Shown: positions 14,643-31,275, counted from the stretch's first letter. The stretch is DNA of 64,000 bases from Eledone cirrhosa (GCA_964016885.1 OZ024746.1:79484001-79548000), one strand, 5' to 3'. Numbers and translations: made by a program. The notes: generated from the sequence alone by a model not told the origin.

Positions 14643-14645
<3 letters not shown>
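14469..14645. mobile_element. Family H copy 2 (degenerate hairpin)
   Basis: Same unique arm (gtgtggtaag..gtggaccataacgcaccagagtact..) and an imperfect terminal inverted repeat. (TA)n on both sides. Confidence 0.8.
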
Positions 14646-15207
<562 letters not shown>

Positions 15208-15624
15208 GTACAATGTGGACTTTAGAAATCAGTGTACGTTGCGTCATTTAAAAGTTTTTTGTATATATATATATACGTGTTTGTTTGGGGGGGGGGGTCT
15301 ATGTCTGCTTATTTTATATAATATGCATATTTCTGATTACAACTATATGCATATAGAGACTATGATTTATACATATATAATTAGAGAGAGAGGGAAAATG
15401 AGGGAAAGTGTGGGAAAATCACATAAAGGAAGATATTAGTGAGAGGCAGATGAAAGCAAACGAAAAAATGTTCAAATGATTATATAATATGTATATGTGA
15501 GTATGCGTTTGTGTGTGTACTCTGCATTTAAAAGTATATATATAAATAAATAAAGACATATATATATAATATATATATACATATATTAATATTCATATGT
15601 ATATATATATATATATACATATAC

Positions 15625-15698
<74 letters not shown>

Positions 15699-15874
15699 GT
15701 ATATATTTATATGTGCATATACCCATTTCATGTTTTGAAATCAATAAGTGAAAAAAGAGCAAAAGCGGACAGACGGAGCGAAGATGGGAAATAGAGAGTC
15801 AGTTCAAACGAAAGATTTCTTTCACTGCATATAGATAGTTAAACTGAAATACATGCATACACACACGCATATAC

Positions 15875-15997
<123 letters not shown>

Positions 15998-16166
15998 AGA
16001 GAGAGATTCTGAATTAATATGTATTTACAATATTTTATTTTCGATTAATACTTTCTTATTTTGCAATATATTTTTCACGGATTAGGTATTTGGTCTGGCT
16101 CTTTGCAGTTCGAATTCAAATGCAATCGATGTCGTATTTGTCTTTTATTCTATCACGATAGAAATA

Positions 16167-16335
16167 ATGATTTCTACTATAGACAAAGGGTCAGGAATAT
16201 TGGGAAGGGGAATGTCGATTAAATCGACCCCACTGCATTACTGGTACTTTATTTTATCGACCCCGTAAGGATGAAAGGCAAAGCTAACCTTGGCGGGATT
16301 TGAACACAGATCATAAAAGGCCGTAACTCTATACT
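16167..16335 (-). mobile_element. SINE family A
   Basis: ctggtactttattttatcgaccccgtaaggatgaaaggcaaag..ggcgggatttgaac. Confidence 0.85.
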
Positions 16336-17547
16336 GCCTGCGAATCACGATAGAAATAATATTCATGAATTAACTATATTACAACTCATTCAAATTATGA
16401 AATATACACTTCATATCACCGATTGTATTTTTGTTTATTTATAACTACTCTTCAGCCTCAACTTTCAACACTGCCTTTCATCTTTTCTAGGTCGATAAAT
16501 ATAGTACCAGTCATATACTTTATTTCTTACATTCCATCTGGGAGAAATCGAGTGTATTTAAGTGTTCATTCCTGGAGCGAGATGGATTCCACTATGTTCA
16601 AAATGCCGAAGACACGTCCTATGCCTGTATTCCTTTTCTTGCAAACCCACAAATAATCACGATACTGCCCATTAATTCACCCATAATTCATGCTTTTACT
16701 AATGAATTTAACTACTACATTACAAAAAATGCAACAATTCATTACTCAAGATTCACTATCCACGAATTTACCCACGATTTTCTCTAATAATTTTATCCAT
16801 GAGTTTATCCACAATTCTTCATTTTACTTGTAAATTTACTCACTCATTGACAACAATGCAATATACACCTTCATTTTACGTACAAATAACTTTACACACA
16901 ATTCACGATTTTATTAATGAATTTACTTTATCAATAAATTTACCAACGATGCTCCCAGCCATGTTACCCACGATCTATGATGTTAACTATTGAATTATCC
17001 ACAATTTGTACATATTATTAGCAACAATGTTATGCTTCTTCATTATTTTATTCACAATCAACTACTTTACCCACAATTACTCACTACTCAGAATTTACCC
17101 ATAAATATTTCACCCCTAATTTGACCCTACCCACAAATTTACCCAGTAGGGACGATATTCACTTTTGAATTTTCCGAACACGTGCAACTGCACTTATTCA
17201 GTTCAGTGTTTCATTATTTGGCATTGTCTGTATTTTTTTTTTTTTTTTTTTTGCCTGGTAGATGGAAACAAAATGTTCCTTTTTCACATTTTTATTATTA
17301 GAACATATTTAGTAGCTAAGCAAGGGAGTTGCAATAGATTTACTGAAGTAAAATAGATGCCCAGATATAAGGTGACGATGGTGATATTCGGAGATGCACA
17401 TGAGTACGAACGTAGGAATATTTGAATTTAACTGATAAAATATAATGGATTCAAAGACAATTTGAGCTTGTGCGCGCGGAAATGTGATACCTGATAACCG
17501 CGATTTGTCATAGGTCGCATAAATATATTATAAAGATATCACCATCA

Positions 17548-17717
<170 letters not shown>

Positions 17718-17735
17718 ATATATATATATACACAC

Positions 17736-17774
<39 letters not shown>

Positions 17775-18070
17775 AAATATTGCTCATAATCGGCATATAT
17801 AATTTACATATATAAAATATTCCCCACTTTTAACTTCCAACGGCTATATGTAATCCATGCATTAACGCAATATATATACATATATATAAATACATTTATA
17901 TAACAGAATTCAATATAAATTCAACTAAATCTGATTATGTATTTCATAAACATCAAACGATATTTCCAATAATATTTTCAACCGTAATATTTGCCTTCTT
18001 ATTACACACACGCACACAAACAGATACACAGAGACATACACGCACACACAGAAACTCATGCATATACGCA

Positions 18071-18146
<76 letters not shown>

Positions 18147-18644
18147 AGTACACACAGTATATATAAATAAATAAAAGGACGCAATTCATCCAAAGAAATC
18201 TTCCCTTCTAAAGAATTAAGTTACATAATTAGATTTATACCGATACCAAGTTATTTCTCCGTACAGAGATTTTCTTGCTGAAGAGATAGTATTGCAATCA
18301 TTGCCCTTTAATATTAAACATCCACTACCAATAACTACTTTTACAGTGCAATACTATATACGCATTGCTCAAAATATTATAGAATACTTAGGAAATTTTC
18401 CATAATATATTTTGCCATATCTTATTGACAAGACTTATGATAAATAAAACAAAACCCAAAGATGAATGTCTGATATTTGTAAACAATTTCATGCATGGTT
18501 TACGTAGAATAAATAACATTCTGGATTGTTTTCTTCATTCTTAATGATTTCAGAGTATGGTTTACTTAGGATATTTGACTGCTAGTTCTATTAATTGGAC
18601 GAAATTTTGTCTTTCCCTTAATCCATACTTCTCTAAGGCTCGGT

Positions 18645-18698
18645 GTACGTGCATGGCCTAGTAATTAGGATGTGGGTGTGGATGAAAGAGAAATGAGA

Positions 18699-18776
<78 letters not shown>

Positions 18777-18860
18777 AACTTAGAGACCGAGGATTCGATT
18801 CCTAGCCGGGTGGCGCATTGTGTTATTGTGCAAACGCTTCGTTTTACACTGCATTTCATG
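18645..18860 (+). mobile_element. SINE family B split by a (GA)n expansion
   Basis: A-box-like gcatggcctagtaattagg, then (GA)n, then B-box-like ggattcgattcc and gcaaacgcttcgttttacactgc. Confidence 0.55.
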
Positions 18861-21329
18861 GGAGTATTTGGGCCCCTATCATTAAATCAACTGAGAAACC
18901 TCCTGCCTATGTGAGTTATACATTTTATTCTTACCCTTTCTTGCTCCGTCTTATCTTTGTATACCTGGGTTTTCGAGGGAAAATGGAGTCTCTCTGGAAA
19001 TTGACGCCAGTGCTCAGACGAAGACTAGTATTAGAATTGATCACTGTATTACTTTCTGGAAAAGTCTTACCTTAGTTTCTAAATGTAACAGAACTAGGGT
19101 AATAAACTACACCTTGTTCTACATCTACTATCAAAATTGTTCGCTTTGTTTAACTTCTTGAAAATTCTAACCTTAATTACCCACTGGAATTGTCTTCCTG
19201 TGAATGTTCTTGCAGTCATTGAGTGACTAACGTTCAAAAGAAAAACTGACAACGTCATTCTAACCAAGTTCGGAAGGATTGAGAAAACGCTGGGCAAAAG
19301 AATAAAAAAAATTACAGAATTTTATTATCCACAAGAACAATAACTGCAGCAGCAACAACAACAACATCTTCAATCTGAATAAACCCGGGCAATAAGCGGG
19401 GAAACATGTATACATAGTTACAGCTGGGGCTGTTCGATATCCAACATCTCTCTTTTAGTCAACATTTCTTCATCTTCAAACCCACTAACATGGAAGAAAA
19501 ATAACGAGGTTAAAGTCTGATCATTTGTATAAATAATTTCACGAATGGATTAAGCCTAAGGAGATTATTGTCATGGACTTAATATAGTTCTTAGATATGG
19601 CTTGTCTAAATATACTGACCAAAAACATTTCAGTTGGGTTCTGTCATGAACATATAAGTGGAATTGCCTGGTGCTTTTTTAACATGGATTCATTAATCTC
19701 TTTTATATGTGTCAACACAAGCTTTAAAAACAATCTAACTAAACCTACGACTCTCTTGTAAATATATATATATAGGAATGAAAAACGGCGTGCTGCGTTG
19801 TGACGAATGTGATACATATGAAATAAAAATAGAGCAAGAAACCAAGACTATCCGTCATCAGTGATCTTCTGACTATCATCGGTATTTCTCAGCATTAAAG
19901 ACTAGATACCTCAAGTCAGCGCGAACAATAACTAAAATAAGTTATTGGAATAAAAAGAATTGGGTGGAGAAAGAGAGACATGTAAACAAACAAAAATGGT
20001 AAGGCAACGTAAAGAGAAGAAAATGAGAAAACAAGTCAGTGATACATGTTAACTTAAGTTCTAGCAAATCATTGACGAGAAGAAGAAGGACGCGTCCGAA
20101 CCCTGCGAAATGTGAGCGAGAAAAGGATTTCCCACAGGTCAGACGGGAGGAAGTGAGAGAGGGGAAGTAGCAGAGAGTGAGTGAGTAAAAGTGTGAGGAA
20201 GAGGCTGGCCGAGAGAGAGGGTGACCAACAGAGGGGGTGATATATATATGTATATATATATGCATGTATGTGTGTGTGTGTGTGTATGTGTGTGTATGGG
20301 GGGAGGTGTATATATAAACGTAAGGCTTGTAAAGGTTTCACATATACATATATGTGTACATCTGTGTCTTTGTATACATATGTGTATATGTGCATATTTC
20401 TAAAAAAAAAAACCCCCTCTCTCTCCCGTTCTGTTTGTGCGTGTTTGTGTGTGTGTTCTATATACAGTGTGATATAATGATAAATTTAGTTCACAAACCA
20501 ATAAATGTTGTTGCAATCTAAAGTCGCTATCGTTCGTTGCCTTTTTCAACTTGTCACCCTTCACTTCAAGTTTGTCAGGTTTTAGGTGTAATATACGTTC
20601 CACTTGTTTCATGCGCTTTCTTTTGTTATAAAACTTCGTGTATTTAAATCCTTCTTTCTTTTCTATGTTGTTAAAAAAAATTCATATTAGTGTTATGTAA
20701 ACGGAGCTGACAGTCATTCTTTGTTGCTTGTAAACTAGGAAATGGATTTTCTTAATGGCTACTTTTATTTTCTGTCTATTCTAGTTCCAAATTTACGTTT
20801 GTTTCCTTTCGACAGATTATAATGTTGTTCACTATTGTCATCCAGTTTAATTCAATATTGTGTCTATTTAAGGAATATGTATGTAAGACACAACAACATA
20901 AATCTGACAGGACTCACCGAAGTATATTACGCCTACAAGTACATCTGTTTCACTACTTGACTGATATTTATTTTATCGACTATGGAAGACTGAACAGTGA
21001 AGCAGATCCCAGCAGTATTTGAATAGGAGACATAAAGTTTCGCAAGAAAACATCACATCTGAATATTCTGGCATATTTTGTCAGTTGACTTTGTTGGGAG
21101 ATTTATGGTTTTCATTTGATCCAAAAGTACTAATGAATGTGAAACGATTTCAATCGAGATTATGTGTGCAAGATATATCTTCGTAGTTGAGCTCAGCCGA
21201 GTGACGTGACCTAAAGTCATTAGGTGTTTTGTCTCTTTCAACATCATACACTTTTTCCCAGACGGGCCAATCAGGCTTGATCAGACTAAATCTTACGCTC
21301 CAACAGCAACAAGCCACGTATCAGCCCTT

Positions 21330-21523
21330 TTTTTTTCGAAGATTTTCTACTGTGTTTTGCCCGCGTATTGAATGGCTCTTCTCAGTTTTACTCGCCTAAA
21401 GGCTAATTGGTTGAGAGCCTTGTTGCGTGAGCATCTTGCAAAGCCTTTAAATCCCATCTCAATAGGCTCACATCTTCCAGCATTTGCCCTGCTACTTCAC
21501 CACTTTCTGGTATATTTTGTTTT
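21330..21523 (-). mobile_element. Decayed HERO-like RLE retrotransposon C-terminal fragment
   Basis: Minus translation KTKY..CEPIEMGFKGFA..LNQL..RRAI resembles the remembered PIEVGCRGF..RAI motif of HERO elements. Confidence 0.5.
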
Positions 21524-21744
21524 AGTGTTGTAGAAAGAATGATTTGTACGAAAAATTGTTGCTAATTCTTTTACGTCAAGCGAATACATACAGAGCCATT
21601 TGCTTGTTCGTGAGACCGATTTCCCTGGAATATTATCTGCGATATATGATAACTGGTATTAATATCTTTCTTAAATGTAATTAGAAAACTGATATATGTT
21701 ACAATAGTCTACATGTAGAGTGTCTGCATCGCTTCTCTACACTA

Positions 21745-21850
<106 letters not shown>

Positions 21851-21862
21851 GTATATATATAT

Positions 21863-22475
21863 AAATTAATAATTCTGTAAAGTTAGCTGTCTCTAATACG
21901 TAAGCATCTCAATGAAAGGAAAGGATAAATTAAAGGAAAGGATATATTAAATTATCTACTCAGAGAAGTAATAAAATATATTAAACTTAAGCCTAAATCT
22001 CAATATGGTGGTGGGGTGGATCGGCTAAAATAAGTCGGGTTTTCCTTATACAATTCCCAGACCAAGGTTTCTAGAACTCCAGAAACAACACCAATCATTG
22101 GAATAAACAATATTGGAAGAATTACAGTTCCTTCATCAGGAAGGGAATTCTTACTTAGGAATATGGGGACAGCTAAAAATATATCATACATACCATTTTG
22201 TTGCTAGACCACACGGTGAATGTGTTACATCACTGAATTACTATAATAATAAATACCACTCAATATATTAAGACAATAGGATGGGCTTATATTGACGCTA
22301 GAAATAACAGCCAAAACCGTCTAAATCTGCTCAACAATGACAGAGTAGTTAATAGTTATTTATAAAATTAACTGTCTCTAATACGTAGACATCCCAATGA
22401 AAGGATAAGATATATTTATAAATTATCTACTCAGAGAAGTAATAAAATATATTAAACTTAAGCCAAAATTTCAAC
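21863..22475 (-). mobile_element. Partial tandem (~470-485 bp period) with an HHR motif, abutting (TA)n
   Basis: 21880-21993 is repeated at 22365-22474, and an HHR motif lies between the copies. Confidence 0.7.
22052..22149 (-). ncRNA. Hammerhead ribozyme motif, partly decayed
   Basis: aattccc-ttc CTGATGA agGAACT..AGTTCta GAAAC CTTG GTC t-gggaatt. Confidence 0.68.
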
Positions 22476-22934
22476 CAGGAAATTATCAGAAAGCTTCAAT
22501 TTCTTTATACAACCTCTCCCTCATAAAAATGCCACTTTAATATATACACCTAAGCTCATGATTTTGTCATTCTTTTACGACTGTTATAGGGTTTATAGTT
22601 TATGTATATCTCTGTATAATTTTGTTGATTAATTTTTCGAGTAAAATATTCTAAATATAAACACGTCACACTAAGTAGTCAACCACGAAATTTGAGCTGT
22701 CAATGAATTGAAACAGTGTGAGAAAAATACTATTGTAAAAACATTCTCTTTAAATTCATATTAACAGAGGCAGAGGGATTTCATTACCTCAGGCTAAGCC
22801 TTGATATTAGTGGTGCTGTCATAGAAATCTACAGTGTATTTTCTTGTAGGGCTGTTGATTTATAGGCATCTACGTACCCTTATCTAGATGTATGAATATA
22901 TGTATCAATAAAAAAAATCCAGATGCGCAGATGG

Positions 22935-23059
<125 letters not shown>

Positions 23060-23329
23060 TCACTCACTCACTCACTCACTCACTCACTCTCTATATATAT
23101 ATCTCTCAAGCGTTAAACTAATATATTCCTTCCATATACTGTACCGATTGCGTTGATATTTCTGTTTACTTTTTACATACATACATACACACATACATAT
23201 GCATATATATATTTATATATATATAAATACATATATACATATACATTTATACATATACATATCCATCTATCTATCTATCTAACTCAGGCCTCCCCACCTC
23301 TCTCTCTCTCTGCATATATATATATGTAA

Positions 23330-23387
<58 letters not shown>

Positions 23388-23907
23388 CTCTGTGTGTGTG
23401 TGCACGATATATATATATATATATTTACATACATATTTTTGTTTTTCTCCGTCTTAACATCTATGTTATTATTTATCTCCATCTACACTCGTCTCTCTCT
23501 CTATCTATCCCCCTCTCTCTCCACACCACACCATACCCTCTCTATCCCCACTCCCATCTCTAACCCCCCCCCCCCACCCTATCTCTCTCTATGTGCTTCT
23601 GTGTGTATCTGAAATAACAATGTGTTTGATATATGAATGAGTCGGGATATCTGAAAGAACCCTTCTGTGCTTATTTCTATAAACATCCCTTGAAATTTTT
23701 ATTTTCTCTTTTCTTTTTAATATGCTTCTACTGCGCTTGCGCGAGCACTTATACGGAAACCGACGCGCATATATTTGTGTATATTTGTATCAGCGTGTGT
23801 GTGAGTGTGTATATGTGTGTATATGAGTGCATGGATCCACATTTATACGTGCATTGAATGTGCATCCATATGAGCTGTATCCTAGGGCAATGCGTTGCAC
23901 ATTAGCT

Positions 23908-24405
<498 letters not shown>

Positions 24406-24413
24406 TATATATG

Positions 24414-24578
<165 letters not shown>

Positions 24579-24597
24579 ATGTATACATATATATATA

Positions 24598-25712
24598 TCT
24601 TTATATATATAAAAGCGAGGATGTGTGTGTAACTGTGTACAACTTTGGATACCTAAGGCTTTTACAATACGTTGCACAGGTCGCTAAGATGGTCACATCA
24701 CAAAAGTTTTTCAAATCGACCCACGTTGAGCAATAAAAAATCGATATCAAAATTATCGGTAGCAAAATTGAAGTTAAGGGAGATAACCACCTTTATTGAC
24801 AGAAACATAAACATCAGATTCATTTAAAGATAAATCACTAATATTATCGTTTGTTTCTTGTTTATTCTTTGTTGCACTTTTAAAGTTAAAAAAACACTTG
24901 TGGTTAAAAACTGTCTCCACTTAGTATTGACGCTGCCATTCTATCTGGATGTGGAAAAGGCGAGGATGTGATAATAACAAATTTAGCCTGACTATATCAG
25001 GCGTGGATACTCCCTTCTCCTTTCGCCGAACCCAATTTCCCCTTCGTGTTGCTTTTGCAATGTCCATAAACAAGTCGCAAGGTCAAACTCTGTCCGTCAC
25101 TGGAATTCACTTGGATGAACCTTGCTTTTCGCACGGACAATTCTACGTTGCCTGCTCACCAGTTGGCAGTAGAGATAATCTCTTTGCGTTTGTTCCGAAA
25201 AGAAAAACAAATAATATCGTCTATCCTGAAGTGCTTTAGTGTTAACAAAAAAACTTATTACAGCTCTGCCTTGACTTCACCTTACTCATTACAAAACATA
25301 CCAATGAATATGTCATGCAGGATATTTTGGATTATAAGTTAAAAATTTAACCATACACAGCAAAGGATGATCTCAAAGAATAGATTTTCTCTTATTCTAC
25401 TCTCATTGTTTTTTTGTTTGTATACAACTCTGCTTTCATTACAACTTTTTGTACTTTAGCAAAACTGCCTGCTTTTTTTACAGATTTGCAACCTGTATTG
25501 TCTTTAATCATTTGTATAACTACATCCTGTTCAGAGTTTTCCTTCATAGTTTTATGTGTACAAACATTGCACTAAATATTCGTTTGCATTAATTATTGAA
25601 GACTTCTGCTTATTTTGACAGGTTGGGGACAAATAATGTTCTTCTTTTACTTCATAGCTGTATATTCTTAGCATAATTTCAAACCCCGGGCAACGCCGGG
25701 TAAATCTGGTAG
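24598..25712 (+). mobile_element. Non-autonomous Helitron with a helicase C-terminal remnant
   Basis: 5' end A|TCTTTATATATATAAAAG. Contains a PIF1-family remnant. 3' hairpin cccgggcaacgccggg is followed by gtag|t, a CTAG variant. Confidence 0.85.
24949..25239 (+). pseudogene. Helitron Rep/Hel PIF1-like helicase C-terminal fragment
   Basis: QFPLRVAFAMSINKSQGQTL..FSHGQFYVACS..TNNIVYPEVL. Confidence 0.9.
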
Positions 25713-25765
<53 letters not shown>

Positions 25766-25839
25766 GTGTATATATATATATGTATATATATATGTGTATA
25801 TATATATGTATGTATATATATATATATATATAAAAGGAT

Positions 25840-26797
<958 letters not shown>

Positions 26798-26811
26798 TTA
26801 AAAAAATAATA

Positions 26812-26842
<31 letters not shown>

Positions 26843-26940
26843 CTTCTTCTTCTTCTTCTTCTTCTTCTTCTTCTTCTTCTTCTTTTTCGTTGTCCACTTT
26901 TGCCTGAGAGGGTCATGGGGGCAGAGTCCTCAAACACTCC

Positions 26941-26992
<52 letters not shown>

Positions 26993-27006
26993 ACACGCAC
27001 ACACAC

Positions 27007-27073
<67 letters not shown>

Positions 27074-27075
<2 letters not shown>

Positions 27076-27455
27076 ACAAGTAAATATTTTTATAACTGAT
27101 ATAAAGCACTCGACAAGTATTTGGAGTAGATATACGATATTAATAAATGGAAAGTATATTTATAAAACCATATTTATTTCATTATACATATTTCAGGGAT
27201 ACCAAATTAAATTATGGTATGCCTTCATCAGACAAAATACAATATATAACAGTTTTACAAATAAGCTTTGACGTACTCTTTTAAAATGCAATCATTATTT
27301 TGGGAAGCCAAAGGGTACGTCAAAGCTTATTTGTAAAACTGTTATATATTGTATTTTGTCTGATGAAGGCACACCATAATTTAATTTGGTATCCCTGAAA
27401 TATGTATAATGAAATAAATATGGTTTTATAAATAGACTTTCCATTTATTAATATC

Positions 27456-27460
<5 letters not shown>
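27074..27460. mobile_element. Head-to-head inverted element in (TA)n with an HHR-like core in each arm
   Basis: Arms 27131-27280 and 27311-27460 with a 30-bp spacer. CTGATGA AGG..CCT GAAA TATGTA at 27360-27406 (+) and 27185-27231 (-). Stem I is poor. Confidence 0.78.
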
Positions 27461-27527
<67 letters not shown>

Positions 27528-27554
27528 ATCTATATGTGTATCTATATGTGTATC

Positions 27555-27822
27555 CCAAAAGTCAGCTCAAAAGTGACACAGAGGAGACTGAAGTTGGCTG
27601 GACATGCTCACCGACATCCAGAGTTGACATTGCACTCAGTGCTCCTTTGGGAGCCCCTACATGGATACACTAGAAGAGGAAGACCAAGGTTAACATATGT
27701 TGATGCCCTAAGGACAGACACTGGTCTGTTGGAGATGCAGGATATGGCAGCGATAATGAGGGTCAGAGACCGCTGGAGAGAACTCGTCCATGGATCTCGG
27801 GAATTTTACCCGCCTTAGATAG
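27555..27822 (+). mobile_element. 3' fragment of an RTE-group LINE
   Basis: RRLKLAGH..LLWEP.HG..RGRPRLTYVD..DRW, a (TAGA) tail and a possible TSD atgtgtatc. Confidence 0.8.
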
Positions 27823-28103
27823 ATGTGTATCTATCTATATATCTATTTAGACGAGTATATTAATATATACTTCAGACGTACAATCAAACGGCATGTAATA
27901 TATATCTAGCTGAAACTATTTCATGAATTACACGTATGAAGAAGAGCTTTTCTGTAACGTGTAATCATTTCGTCATTTTATTATTATCCAAAACATGAAA
28001 TGCAAGGTCAATCACAGCGAGATTTGAACTCAAGCCTAAACGTACGTAACAATACTTCACGAGGCATTGCACTTCCTTCTTCGTATATACAGTATAAATA
28101 CTG

Positions 28104-28410
28104 ATTCTATTTTAGGCACAATGTCAGCAATTTGTTTGGAGAGGAAATTGATTAGATGGACATCAGTACTTGGCTAGTACTTTATTGTATCCACACCGTC
28201 AGAATAAAGGGTACAATAGACCTCGGCAGGATTTGAACTCAGAATGTAATGAACCGGACAAATGCTACAGAGTTTTCTTCCAGCGCTCAAACAACTTTGT
28301 TAAACCAACGCCTCTCCCGTATGTAAAAGTTGACTTCGGTGGGATTTGAACTTACGATGTAATGATTCGGAACAAACCGTTGCATTAACGATTCTGCCAA
28401 TCAAACGCCC
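28104..28410 (-). mobile_element. Old SINE family A copies (two adjacent)
   Basis: gacctcggcaggatttgaactcag and gacttcggtgggatttgaac B-box regions. Confidence 0.7.
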
Positions 28411-28881
28411 TCGCCTATGTATAAATATAAATAAAATATAATATATCGTACACGATGAAAAAGAAGCCAAAGACATGACACAGATAACATCAATTCTTTA
28501 ATACACTGTGGGAAACATAAAAACATTGTTGAATGTCGGAAGGTTTCGAGAATCAAAGGAGGTTTTGTCAATTAACCTTTTCTGAGATCCCAAATAAAGA
28601 GCAGTTTAAAGGGAAATACAGCGTGGAAATAATACACCATAAAAATGTAAAGAGAAATAAATAAATAGACGAAATAGTAAATATGAGACATGTGAGACAC
28701 ATGGGTGGAGAAATTATCATCTGATTAAGCTTCATACAATAGTGATGAATAGAATAATATTAGACACAGACACATACATATGTATGTGTGTTTGTGTGGG
28801 GTTTGGAATATATATAGATATGTATGTATATGTGTGTATCACTCTATTTATTTCTCATTCTCTCTCCGGCCCTCTCTTTCG

Positions 28882-28914
<33 letters not shown>

Positions 28915-29053
28915 TGTATGTATGTATGTATGTATGTATGTATGTATATGTGTGTGTGTGTGTGTGTGTAGATATATGTCAGTAATGAATAGATGAAAGA
29001 TACCTCAAATTAGTGTTCCGCCTTTTGTGCACATACAAACACACAGACGCGCA

Positions 29054-29164
<111 letters not shown>

Positions 29165-29344
29165 CGTTGTGTGTATGTGTGCGTCCATTTTTAAGTGATA
29201 CACATCCACATACTAAAGATACATATACAAATGTTTGCATGCATCTATGTTTATATACTGACATACGGAAAAATACTTAATACATAGCGTATGATATAAT
29301 TATTATTGCAAAACATATGCACGATACCTGACATTTGAAGATCT

Positions 29345-29640
29345 TGGTATTCGATTAAATCAGCTCCATATTTTATCGATCACAGAGGGATGGAATTCAA
29401 AGATGACCCCGGCGGAATTTGATCTTAGAAAGTATCGCATAAAACATTGCTAGACCTTTGTCCTACCTTATAACGCCTCTAAGGCGGTGAATTTGCAGTC
29501 GTTTGAACGTCGGATAGAATGCTTTATGGTATTGGTTCCGACTCTCTGTTGTTGGAGTTCAAATCCTGCCGAGATCAACTTTGCCCTTTATCCATTCGAG
29601 GTCGATAAAAGAAAGTACAAGTCTAGTACTGAGGTCCATT
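29345..29640. mobile_element. Two old family A SINEs in divergent orientation
   Basis: Minus copy ccccggcggaatttgatc and plus copy gagttcaaatcctgccgagatcaactttgccctttatccattcgaggtcgataaa. Confidence 0.65.
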
Positions 29641-29737
29641 TTTCCTCTATATCTCTTTCTCATTTCCTTTACTCAATCCTGGAGTGGGATGTGCCCCACC
29701 AGGCTTAAAATGCCCAAGAAACGCTGTATGTCAACAG

Positions 29738-29860
29738 GGCGCCCCTACGGTCTATCAGGAGTTACGGGACCATACATACATAACGCCTCTGCTATACATC
29801 AACACGGCGCCCCTACGGTCTATCAGGGGTTACGGGACCATACATACATAACGCCTCTGC
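29738..29860 (+). repeat. Two-copy direct repeat, ~67-bp period
   Basis: ggcgcccctacggtctatcagg.gttacgggaccatacatacataacgcctctgc occurs twice. Confidence 0.9.
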
Positions 29861-30116
29861 CAATTCACCACTTTGTTTCTAATTTGTATTAAATGCTTTA
29901 TTATACGTAGCTTACAGTCGTGAGGTTGTGAGTTCGATATCTGGGCCAAGCATGCCTCCTGCCCTTGAGCAAGATTTTTATTTCATGTTGTGACCAATAA
30001 ACAGTATCAGCAACTGGAAATAGCAATGGAAACATTGTTTCGAAGACTGGGATCTTCTCGATTCCGATCAATATTAATCAATAAAAAATATACAATGTGT
30101 TCGGCATAAATATTAT

Positions 30117-30300
30117 TATTTGGCAGTATCGGTAGAGGGTCGGACGCCATGCTTTGCAGCACAGTTACATCCCTTTACGGACTCAGTTCAAATCCCGCCG
30201 AGGTTAACTTTGTCTTTCATCCTTACGGGGTCGATAAAATAAAGTACCAGTAATGCACTGGAATAATTGCTGGCCTTGTGCCAAATGTAGAAACAATTAT
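30117..30300 (+). mobile_element. SINE family A
   Basis: tggcagtatcggtag (A box), gttcaaatcc (B box) and the central domain. Confidence 0.88.
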
Positions 30301-30714
30301 TTAATTATGTAAGTTAGCAAACGAAACTCCGTCATACTAATTACACTGACCACTTCCGTTATGCACTAAATTCTGCTTGACATAACTAATTATGCTAGAA
30401 AGATCATCCTGTAGGCAGAACCATAAAGGTAGCTATCATATTATCTGATAAAGAGAAAACCATCTCTAACATGCTTAAAGATTATTTTTTTTCCTTGGTA
30501 TAGAGTGAAGAGGGGAAAGTGTGTTCAGACTTCCTTATTTTCACAGTGAGACTTCTAATTAAGAAAAATAAAACTATAGTTATATTGACATTAAATTTCT
30601 CTTAAATCTACTAATTATACGCTTTGTCCTGCATAACGTATAATTAGTTAATTAGTTACGTTGCCACACATATATATATCTAAATATATATATATATATA
30701 CATATAAATATGTG

Positions 30715-30814
<100 letters not shown>

Positions 30815-30839
30815 CACACACACATATATATATATATAC

Positions 30840-30871
<32 letters not shown>

Positions 30872-31032
30872 ACATGCATACATACGTATGTTTGTTGCTA
30901 TATCTATTGTCAACATTTGAAAGAAAAGTAGTCTATGCAAAACAGTGAAAGAGCAAGTGGCTAATGTTACAAACACGGTTAGTTGACACATTTGTGTGTA
31001 TATATATATATGTGTGTGTGTCTGTGTGTATT

Positions 31033-31099
<67 letters not shown>

Positions 31100-31124
31100 A
31101 TGTGTGTGTGTGTGTGTGTGTATT

Positions 31125-31198
<74 letters not shown>

Positions 31199-31210
31199 TG
31201 AGTGTGTATT

Positions 31211-31275
<65 letters not shown>

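Noticed and set aside
17377-17547. 11-bp inverted ends (gatggtgatat) suggesting a MITE
   Set aside because: Short, low complexity, no TSD and single copy.
19775-20240. TA-flanked segment with CTGATGA on the minus strand near 19855
   Set aside because: No matching stem II-GAAA-NUH was found.
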